Origin: an uncultured delta proteobacterium
GTDB lineage: Bacteria; Myxococcota_A; UBA9160; SMWR01
Assembly (NCBI GenBank): GCA_963832165.1
Contig: CAWHTE010000001.1
Location: 1-64,000 of the forward strand
Direction: 5' to 3'
DNA length: 64,000 nucleotides
This document shows positions 18,529-26,229 of this stretch, piece by piece. The stretch's first letter is position 1. Each line of letters opens with the position of its first letter. The notes beneath the pieces are model-generated. The model ran no database searches and had not been told where the DNA came from. It saw only the letters and a list, made by a program, of their open reading frames with translations. A program made the position numbers and the translations under genes.

Positions 18529-18725
18529 CAGCGCAACAGCCGTGCCGCGAACGATTTCGCGATCGAGCGCAGCGAGTCACCCGACTCGTCCGAGCCCCTG
18601 CTGTTCGGCGCTGCGCGGCGCTTCGCCGCGGGCTTCGGTGCTGCGCGGCGCTTCGCCGCAGGCTTCGCCGCCCTCGCGCTCTTCCGCTTTCCGATCTTCT
18701 TCTTCGCCTTGCCTTTGGTTGCCAT
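18528..18725 (-). CDS. Small Lys/Ala/Arg-rich histone-like protein (65 aa)
   Basis: MATKGKAKKKIGKRK..(KPAAKRRAAP)x2; GAGAGG RBS; stop overlaps the next start (TGATG). Confidence 0.65.
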   Translation of the reverse strand: MATKGKAKKKIGKRKSARAAKPAAKRRAAPKPAAKRRAAPNSRGSDESGDSLRSIAKSFAARLLR

Positions 18726-18801
18726 GACACCTCTCACTGGCGCGTTGGACGGACGATAGCAGCGCACCGCCGCGGATTCGTTGCTTGCTACGTTTCGGCC
18801 C

Positions 18802-20901
18802 GTGACGGCGCTCGATTCCACAGCTCCGGTGGTGAGCGCTCGCGCGATCGCGAGCCGCGTTCCGTACGCGCTCACGATCTTCCTGGGCGCGTTCCTGTTG
18901 TTCCAGATCCAGCCGCTCATGGGGAAGTTCATCATCCCGTGGTATGGCGGGCTTCCTTCGGCGTGGACCGGATGCCTGATCTTCTTCCAGGGCGGACTTC
19001 TCGCCGGTTACCTCTACGCGCACCTGCTCGTGCGCCATCTCGCACCGCGCCAGCAGGCGATCCTGCACACGCTGCTGCTCGTCGCGTGTCTCGCGCTGCT
19101 CCCGATCGCTCCGGGCAGCGAGTGGAAGCCCGCGCCCGGAACCCATTCGATGAGCGGCATCTTCCTGCTGCTCAGCGCGACGATCGGCCTTCCCTACCTG
19201 CTGCTCGCCTCGACCGGCCCGATGACCCAGGCGTGGTTCCACCGCTCGTTCCCGACCGGCGCACCCTACCGGCTGTTCGCGCTCTCGAACCTGGGCTCGA
19301 TGCTCGGCCTGCTCTCCTATCCCTTCTTCTTCGAGCCGTGGTTCACGCGCACGAACCAGGGCTGGATCTGGGCTGCGGGCTTCGCGGTGTTCGTCGTGTC
19401 CTGCTCGCTGTGCGCGTTCTCGTCGGCGGCGGGATCCGCGTCGGCCGACGCGCCCGCGGAAGACGCCGTTCCGGGCGCGCCTCCGAGCGCGTTCTCGCAC
19501 TTCCTCTGGGTGGCGCTGCCCGCGTGCGCGAGCCTGCTCCTGCTCTCGGTGACCAATCAGCTCTGTCAGGGCATGCCGAGCGTCCCGTTCCTCTGGGTGC
19601 TGCCGCTCTCGCTCTACCTGCTCTCCTTCATCATCTGCTTCGAGTGGCCGGGCCTGTACGCGCGGCGCTTCTTCCTGGTCGCGATGACCGCGTCGCTCGC
19701 GCTCGTGTGCTTCCTGTTGCGGCTGGATACCAGCGCCACCGCGGTATTCCAGATCGTCGGGTTCTCGGTGGCGCTGTTCGTGTGCTGCATGACCTGCCAC
19801 GGCGAGCTCGCGCTCGCGAAGCCCGATCCGAGCCGTCTCACCGCCTTCTACCTCGCGATCGCCGCGGGCGGCGCGCTCGGCGGCGCGTTCGTCGGCCTCG
19901 CGGCGCCGCACCTGTTCGACGGCTTCTACGAGCTGCACTGGGGATTCTTCGTGTGCCCCGTGCTCGTGCTGCTCTCGCTCTTCACGCAGACCGACTCGCC
20001 GCTGCGCCATGGCAAGCCGATCTGGGCGTGGGTCGCGCTCACGCTCGGCGTGGTGTGGCTCGGCGTCGATCTCCGGCAGCGGTACACGCAGTCGTTCACC
20101 TACGTCGTCTCGACGTCGCGCGACTTCTTCGGCGTGCTCAAGCTGTTCGAGGCGCCGAGCGCGGATCCGCGCGGGAAGGTCCGGCTGCTCGGGCACGGCG
20201 GCATCATCCACGGCTTCCAGTGGATCGAGCCCGCCTACTGGAACACGGTGAAGACGAGCTATTTCGGGCCGGGCACGGGCGTCGCCGACGCGTTCGGCCT
20301 GCTCGCGCCGCGCCGGCCGCTGCGCGTGGGCGTCGTCGGGCTCGGGATCGGGACGATCGCCGCCTGGGGCCAGGAGGGCGACTACTTCCGGTTCTACGAG
20401 ATCAACCCGACCGTCGTGCGGATGGCGAACGAGAACTTCACCTACCTGAAGGACGCGAAGGCGCAGGTGGAGATCGTCGAGGGCGATGGCCGGCTCGCGC
20501 TCGAGGCAGAGCCCGATCAGCACTTCGATCTGCTCGTGCTCGACGCGTTCAACGGCGACTCGCCGCCGATCCACCTGATGACCGCGGAGTCGTTCCAGCT
20601 CTACCGCCGCCATCTCGAATCCGACGGCCTGCTCGCGGTGAACGTCTCCAACAAGTTTCTCGAGTTCGAGCCCGTGGTGCGCCGGATCGGCGAGGTGACG
20701 GGCCTGTCCGCGGTCCGGATCGACTCGGACAACGACTTGAACGTGGGGCGCAGCGCCGCCGTGTGGATGCTGCTCTCCGCGCAGCCGGGCGTGCTCGAAC
20801 CGCTTGCGGGTAAGGCGCGTCCGGCGCCGGCCGATCCGGGAGATCCTGCGCGCATGCTCTGGACCGACGACTACGCGAACGTGCTGTCGATCGTCCGGTG
20901 A
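18802..20901 (+). CDS. Fused membrane domain / spermidine-synthase-like SAM-binding protein
   Basis: Many TM helices (FLLFQIQPL, PYRLFALSNLGS, CHGELA), then GLGIGT, YEINP, GDGR, DAF, WTDDY. Start is approximate. Confidence 0.87.
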   Translation: MTALDSTAPVVSARAIASRVPYALTIFLGAFLLFQIQPLMGKFIIPWYGGLPSAWTGCLIFFQGGLLAGYLYAHLLVRHLAPRQQAILHTLLLVACLALLPIAPGSEWKPAPGTHSMSGIFLLLSATIGLPYLLLASTGPMTQAWFHRSFPTGAPYRLFALSNLGSMLGLLSYPFFFEPWFTRTNQGWIWAAGFAVFVVSCSLCAFSSAAGSASADAPAEDAVPGAPPSAFSHFLWVALPACASLLLLSVTNQLCQGMPSVPFLWVLPLSLYLLSFIICFEWPGLYARRFFLVAMTASLALVCFLLRLDTSATAVFQIVGFSVALFVCCMTCHGELALAKPDPSRLTAFYLAIAAGGALGGAFVGLAAPHLFDGFYELHWGFFVCPVLVLLSLFTQTDSPLRHGKPIWAWVALTLGVVWLGVDLRQRYTQSFTYVVSTSRDFFGVLKLFEAPSADPRGKVRLLGHGGIIHGFQWIEPAYWNTVKTSYFGPGTGVADAFGLLAPRRPLRVGVVGLGIGTIAAWGQEGDYFRFYEINPTVVRMANENFTYLKDAKAQVEIVEGDGRLALEAEPDQHFDLLVLDAFNGDSPPIHLMTAESFQLYRRHLESDGLLAVNVSNKFLEFEPVVRRIGEVTGLSAVRIDSDNDLNVGRSAAVWMLLSAQPGVLEPLAGKARPAPADPGDPARMLWTDDYANVLSIVR

Positions 20902-21546
20902 CTAATGCGCCGGTGTGGCGCCCCAGAGCTGCTCGAGCACGTGATCGCGCCCGCAGCCCGTCCGGTAGACCTTGTACCGCAGCGGATTCTTCTTGTAGTA
21001 GTCCTGGTGATAGTCCTCGGCCGGATAGAACGGGCCGGCCGGGCGGATCGGCGTGACGACGGGTTTCTGCAGGCGGTGGCTCGCCTCGAGCCTCGTCTTG
21101 GCGTCGTTCGCCTCGGCGAGCTGCTCCTCCCCGCTCGCGAAGATCGCGGTGGCGTAGTGCGCTCCGCGATCGCAGAACTGGCCGCCTGCGTCGGTCGGAT
21201 CGACGTTGCGCCAGAACACCTCGAGCAGCTGCGCATAGGTCACGCGCATCGGGTCGTACTCGACCTTCACGGCCTCGAGATGCCCGGTCTTGCCCGACGA
21301 GACCTGTTCGTAGCTCGGGTTCACGACCGATCCGCCCGTGTAGCCGGACGTGGTCGCGAGCACGCCCGGCAGCCCGTCGAACGGCGGCTCCATGCACCAG
21401 AAGCAGCCGCCCGCGAAGATCGCCATCGCTCGCTCGGGGGCCGGCGCGGGATCCACGGGCGTCTCGGGGGCTTCGGCCCAGATCAGCGGGGCGGCCGCCG
21501 CGGCGAGCAGCAGCGTGCCCAGAGCGATCGCGCGTGCGCGCTTCAC
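20902..21546 (-). CDS. msrA: Peptide-methionine (S)-S-oxide reductase with a signal peptide
   Basis: FAGGCFWC, SGYTGG, GQFCDRG, FYPAEDYHQDYY. Confidence 0.96.
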   Translation of the reverse strand: MKRARAIALGTLLLAAAAAPLIWAEAPETPVDPAPAPERAMAIFAGGCFWCMEPPFDGLPGVLATTSGYTGGSVVNPSYEQVSSGKTGHLEAVKVEYDPMRVTYAQLLEVFWRNVDPTDAGGQFCDRGAHYATAIFASGEEQLAEANDAKTRLEASHRLQKPVVTPIRPAGPFYPAEDYHQDYYKKNPLRYKVYRTGCGRDHVLEQLWGATPAH

Positions 21547-22100
21547 GAACGCAGCGCCGGGAGCTTCTCGCCCGCAGGCACGAACTCGAGCGCGAGGCCG
21601 TTGTTGCAGAAGCGCTTCCCGGTCGGCGCCGGACCGTCATCGAACACGTGCCCCTGGTGTCCGCCGCAGCGCGCGCAGTGGTACTCCGTGCGCGGCAGGA
21701 TCAGCTTGAAGTCGCGCTTGGTCGCGACGCGATCCGGGATCGTCTCGAAGAAGCTCGGCCAGCCCGTGCCGCTCTCGTACTTCATCTTCGATTCGAACAG
21801 CGGCAGGAGGCACGCGGCGCACACGAACGTGCCCTCGCGCTTCTCGGCGTTGAGCGGGCTCGTCCCGGCCCGTTCCGTGGCCTCATCGAACAGCACCGCG
21901 TAGCGGTCCGCCGGCAGGAGCTTCTTCCACTCGGACTCCGGCTTGTCGAGCTTCTCGGGCGCGCTCGGGCCCCGCTTCTCCGCCATGTCTTCTTCTCCTC
22001 CCGGCACCGCGTTCGGCCACGCGAAGAGCCCCGCCAGCGCAGCGCCCGCGAGCGCCAGGAAGCCCCGGCGGCTGGTGGCGTGGTCTCGGTGATTCGTCAC
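21543..22100 (-). CDS. msrB: Peptide-methionine (R)-S-oxide reductase with a Tat signal
   Basis: SRRGFL twin-arginine motif; CAAC, SGTGWPSF, CARCGGHQGHVF.DGP, RFCNNG. Confidence 0.96.
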   Translation of the reverse strand: MTNHRDHATSRRGFLALAGAALAGLFAWPNAVPGGEEDMAEKRGPSAPEKLDKPESEWKKLLPADRYAVLFDEATERAGTSPLNAEKREGTFVCAACLLPLFESKMKYESGTGWPSFFETIPDRVATKRDFKLILPRTEYHCARCGGHQGHVFDDGPAPTGKRFCNNGLALEFVPAGEKLPALRS

Positions 22101-22154
22101 GGCCCGGATACGATGCCGCTCATCGCGCGGGGTTTCGAGCCGAGGGCGGCGCGC

Positions 22155-22796
22155 CTACTTCCCGACCGCCTCTTTCGCGACGTCCTCGTACTGCACGATC
22201 ACATTGCTGGCCATCATCCCCGACACGAGCCAGCCCGGCAGCGAGCCGCCGAGATCGACGTAGGTCTCGAGCGTGGCCTTCGAGCGCTTCGCGCCGTCCG
22301 GGACGAACTCCCAGAAGCCGCCCGTGCGCTGGAGCCGCAGGAAGCCCTCCTGGGGCGGCACCGACGCGTGCTCGATCGACTTGAAGTCGATCCGCCCGAT
22401 GCCGGTCTTCGGGTCCACCGAGCCCACCCCGCGCGTGACCAGGTCGCGGTCGGAGAACATCATCGGCAGGTCGATCGAGGTGTGCAGGATCGTCTCGGTC
22501 TCGGTCGCGACGATCACCTTGCGCGTCTGGCCGTCCGGGGCGCGCTTGGGGTCGCGCGAGATGTCGCGCGCCGTGCGCGTGAGCACCGCGGGCTCGGCAT
22601 CGATCGTGCCGCGCAGCTGGTAGCGCACGAACGGCTCGCCCTCCTTCTGCTGCTTGAAGACCTGATAGGAGTAGCCGGGGCCCTGCCCCTTCTCGCCGGG
22701 CGTCCAGTCTCCGTTGGTGGTCGGATCGGACTGCGCGGGTATCGCGATGGCGAGCAGACCGAGCAGTGCGAAGTAGGCGGATCGTCGTGTGTGCAT
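22155..22796 (-). CDS. Secreted START/SRPBCC-like lipid-binding domain protein
   Basis: Signal peptide; LPMMFSDRDLV, G.W.F.P, VDLGGSLPGWLV. Confidence 0.78.
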   Translation of the reverse strand: MHTRRSAYFALLGLLAIAIPAQSDPTTNGDWTPGEKGQGPGYSYQVFKQQKEGEPFVRYQLRGTIDAEPAVLTRTARDISRDPKRAPDGQTRKVIVATETETILHTSIDLPMMFSDRDLVTRGVGSVDPKTGIGRIDFKSIEHASVPPQEGFLRLQRTGGFWEFVPDGAKRSKATLETYVDLGGSLPGWLVSGMMASNVIVQYEDVAKEAVGK

Positions 22797-22857
22797 GGCC
22801 GGAAGCTAGAGAAATTCCTCAACCGAGGCCGTTCGCACGCCGAATCGACGGCGTAAC

Positions 22858-23298
22858 GTGGTAAGGTGTCACCCCTCCAAGGAGTTCCGATTGCCCTCCC
22901 ACAGTCGGTCCGAGATCGAGGCCGCGTTCCGACACTTCATGGCTGTCGGCGAGTCCGCCGACTGGAACGCGTGGGCCGATCTCCACACCGAGGACGGGAT
23001 CTGGGTCGAGCACCACCTCGGCACGTTCCGCGGCCGCGAGGAGATCCGCAAGGGAATCGTCGAGGTGATGGCCCAGTCGCCGCCGATGGAGTTCCCGGTC
23101 GAGTGGGTGATGATCGACGGCAATCGGCTGGTCTACTACCCGTGGCAGATATTCAAGGACCCGACCGGCCAGGGTCGCGACTATCGCTTCGGCTGTGTGT
23201 CCGTGATGGACTACGCGGGCGACGGCCTGTGGTCCTTCCAGGAAGACCTCTACAACCCGCGCGAGGCCGAACAGGTGCTCAAGCGCTGGATGCAGTGA
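22858..23298 (+). CDS. SnoaL/NTF2-like protein
   Basis: DWNAWADLHTEDG.WVEHH.G.FRGREEI..YAGDGLWSFQEDLYNP. Start is uncertain. Confidence 0.8.
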   Translation: MVRCHPSKEFRLPSHSRSEIEAAFRHFMAVGESADWNAWADLHTEDGIWVEHHLGTFRGREEIRKGIVEVMAQSPPMEFPVEWVMIDGNRLVYYPWQIFKDPTGQGRDYRFGCVSVMDYAGDGLWSFQEDLYNPREAEQVLKRWMQ

Positions 23299-24761
23299 TG
23301 GCGGCAGACTTCCCGCACGCCGCAGCTAGCGCCCCGGAGCCGGGGTTCGCAGCCCAGGCCGACCCGTGGTCCGCGCTCGACGCCACCGCGCAAGCGGCGC
23401 TCGTGCGCCGCGGCGAAGTCACGCCGCGCGAGCTCACGCTCGCGGCCTGCGAGCGGATCGAGCGCTGCGACGAGGCCCTCGGCGCCGTTCCGGTCCGCTT
23501 CTTCGACCAGGCGCTCGCGGCCGCCGAGCGGGTCAAGCCGCAGGCGCGCTTCGCGGGCGTCCCGTTCCTGATGAAGGATGTCGGCGCGCGCCAGGCCGGT
23601 CAGCCCTACTACGCGGGCAACCGCGCGCTGCGCGCCGCCGACCACCGCGCCGACCGCGACACCGTGCTCGGAGCGCGCTTCCGCGAGCTCGGGCTCGTGA
23701 CGGTGGGCAACTCGAATGCGCCCGAGTTCGGGCTCCAGTCCAATACCTGGCCGCTCGCGCACGGTCCGACCCGCAACCCCTGGGCGCTCGAGCGCGCCGC
23801 GGGCGGGTCGTCGGGCGGTGCATGCGCCGCAGTGGTGGCGGGTCTGGTGCCGGTGGCCCACGCGAGCGACGGGGCGGGCTCGATCCGGATCCCGGCCGCG
23901 TGGTGCGGCCTGGTCGGTCTGAAGCCCTCTGCGGATCGGATCGTGTGGCGGCACGCGGGCACGGGTCGCCCCGAGGTGGAGTTCGTGGTGGCGCGCTCGC
24001 TGCGCGACACCGCGGCGTTCCTCGACGAGCTGCGGCCGGTCCACGCGCGCGAGCAGGAGCCCGACTGGTTCACGACCGCGCTGAACATCCCGCCGCCGCG
24101 CCTGCGCGTAGGCGTCTCGACCACGTCGCCGAGCGGCGCGCCCGTCGATCCCGCGTGCGAGCGAGCCGTGCTCGAGACCGCGGCCATGCTCGCGGCAAAC
24201 GGACACTGCGTCGAAGCGTCGGAGCCGGCCTCGCTCGCCGACTATCTCGATCGCGCACTGCACGGCGCGCTGATCGGCGCCGCGGAATACCGCTCGTGCC
24301 TCGCCGACCTCGCGTTGCGGCTCGGGCGCCCCGTGACACCGGATGACGTGGAGCCCTTCCTCTGGGTGCTCGCCCACCTCGACGAGGGCTCGACCCGCCC
24401 CGAACAGCTCGAGGCCTCGCGCGCCTGGAACCGCGCCTGGGTGCAGCGGACGCTCTCCTGGTTCGACGAGTTCGATCTGCTGCTGACCCCGACCGTGTGC
24501 GAGCCCGCGGTGGCGCTCTCGGAGCTCGATCCGCACTGCCACGAGCCGCTCGAGCTGCTCGAGAGGATGGTGCCGCACATGGCGTTCACCGAGCCGTGGA
24601 ACGCGACGGGCCAGCCCGCGCTCTCGCTCCCGCTCGCGATCTCGCCCGACGGTCTGCCGATCGGCGTCCAGCTGGTCGGGCGACCCGGCCGTGAGGATCA
24701 GCTGCTCGGCGTCGCCGCGGAGCTGTCGCCGACCGCCGACCCGGCTTCGCTAGACGCGTGA
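23298..24761 (+). CDS. Amidase-signature family enzyme
   Basis: GVPFLMKD, TRNPW..GGSSGG, ASDGAGSIRIPA, GLPIGVQLVG. Confidence 0.93.
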   Translation: MAADFPHAAASAPEPGFAAQADPWSALDATAQAALVRRGEVTPRELTLAACERIERCDEALGAVPVRFFDQALAAAERVKPQARFAGVPFLMKDVGARQAGQPYYAGNRALRAADHRADRDTVLGARFRELGLVTVGNSNAPEFGLQSNTWPLAHGPTRNPWALERAAGGSSGGACAAVVAGLVPVAHASDGAGSIRIPAAWCGLVGLKPSADRIVWRHAGTGRPEVEFVVARSLRDTAAFLDELRPVHAREQEPDWFTTALNIPPPRLRVGVSTTSPSGAPVDPACERAVLETAAMLAANGHCVEASEPASLADYLDRALHGALIGAAEYRSCLADLALRLGRPVTPDDVEPFLWVLAHLDEGSTRPEQLEASRAWNRAWVQRTLSWFDEFDLLLTPTVCEPAVALSELDPHCHEPLELLERMVPHMAFTEPWNATGQPALSLPLAISPDGLPIGVQLVGRPGREDQLLGVAAELSPTADPASLDA

Positions 24762-25940
24762 CTCCAGGCGGTGTCGGTGGGCTGCGAACGCCCGCGCGAC
24801 CGCTTCCTGTCCGGCATCGCTGCGCAGCGCCTGGTTCCAGTGGCCGAGCGCGTGCTCGCAGCTCACGTGCGGCGGCGGTGCGATCTCCGGGAACCAGCGC
24901 GCGAGCTCCGCGTAGTAGGCCGCGTCGTGCCGCGCGTACCAGCGGTCCAGCACCTCGCTCGCGATCGAGTGCTCGCCCGCCTCGCCGAACGCCCAGAACG
25001 AGGTGCGCGTCTCGGGGCGCAGATCGGAGACGAGCCGACGCCACGGCACGTCGCGCGACTCGCGCGCATCGGTGGCGCAGTCGCCGTCGCCGACGTCGCG
25101 GAACACGAGCTTGCCCGTCGGATACAGCTCGCGGTCGAGCTGCACGAGCAGGTTCTGCGGGTTCGGCGTCTCGAACCAGAGCCCGTAGCGCGCGAGCAGG
25201 CGCGCCTTCACGCGCCCGACGGGCTCGGCGAAGTGCTGACCCCAGAACGCCTCGGGATTCGCGCCGTGCCGGCGCGCGATCGGCGCACCCACGAAGGGCA
25301 GCGAGAGCGCGGGCAGGTAGTAGTGGCCGTCCTGGAACAGGCGCAGATCGCGCAGCAGGAAGCCGCCTTCGCGGCCCGCCGCGAGCACGATCATCACCTC
25401 GGGCACTAGCTCGACGCCCTCGACCGGGCCGAGCAGCTCGTCGATGCGCGCGAGCACCCACGACCAACCGACCGCGTCGAACGCCTCCGCGCGCAGCTTG
25501 GTCTTCTCGGGCTGGCGGAAGTCCGGGTGCGGGTGATCGGTGGCGAGCTTGAGCGAGAACAGCGCGTCGCCGCTGTCATGGCCCGGGAACGCGAGCGTGC
25601 GCGACGACGTGAAGCGCGCGGTCCAGCACTCGGCGACGGGCTCGTTCGAGAACGCCACCGTCGGATCGCGATTGAGTGGATGGCGCGGCACGAGCACGCG
25701 ATCGCCGCGCAGGAACAGGTCGACCACCTGTGCGGGCGCGGCGGGCATCACGTGCACCTCGACCTCGGTGCGCGGTACCGCCACGACGTCGACCTGCACG
25801 GGCGCGGTGCTGGTCCGGAATCCGACCAGGTTCGCCTGCTGCTCCCAGTCGAGCCATTGTGCGACCGGATCGCTCTTGACTTCGAACGGCTCACGGCGCG
25901 GCGCCGGAGCGACCTCTTGCTGCGGACCTAGATGTTCCAC
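24750..25940 (-). CDS. Divergent IucA/IucC (NIS synthetase)-like protein
   Basis: PRHPLN, FTSSRTL, LKL, E.PNPQNLLVQL and FRD occur in the order expected for the NIS ATP-binding core. Confidence 0.5.
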   Translation of the reverse strand: MEHLGPQQEVAPAPRREPFEVKSDPVAQWLDWEQQANLVGFRTSTAPVQVDVVAVPRTEVEVHVMPAAPAQVVDLFLRGDRVLVPRHPLNRDPTVAFSNEPVAECWTARFTSSRTLAFPGHDSGDALFSLKLATDHPHPDFRQPEKTKLRAEAFDAVGWSWVLARIDELLGPVEGVELVPEVMIVLAAGREGGFLLRDLRLFQDGHYYLPALSLPFVGAPIARRHGANPEAFWGQHFAEPVGRVKARLLARYGLWFETPNPQNLLVQLDRELYPTGKLVFRDVGDGDCATDARESRDVPWRRLVSDLRPETRTSFWAFGEAGEHSIASEVLDRWYARHDAAYYAELARWFPEIAPPPHVSCEHALGHWNQALRSDAGQEAVARAFAAHRHRLESRV

Positions 25941-26229
25941 GGTTGACAGGTTCAGCGGGGGCGAAGGGTGGGGGCAGCTGGAGGGCGAGAGGAGTCTACC
26001 TCTGGTCTCCAGCCACTTCTTCTCTCTCCATCGGCCTCTCCCGTTGGAAACCGCAGTGAAGAAGAGAGTGGAACCCCTGGGGGATTGATTTGGCGCTATC
26101 CCGCGTTAGAGCGCCATCCAGGCTATTTCTGACGCTCTGTCAACTTTTTTGGTTGCTACCAGAACGGTCGGTATGGGATGAAAGCGCGAAACCGGATTGC
26201 CGGTCCGAACCTTCGAATCGGAGTTGCCG

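Noticed and set aside
26091..26107. Possible sigma-54 promoter (TGGCGC...) for the PEP-CTERM-containing cluster
   Set aside because: The -12 element is poor (no TTGC at the correct spacing), so it cannot be supported by eye.
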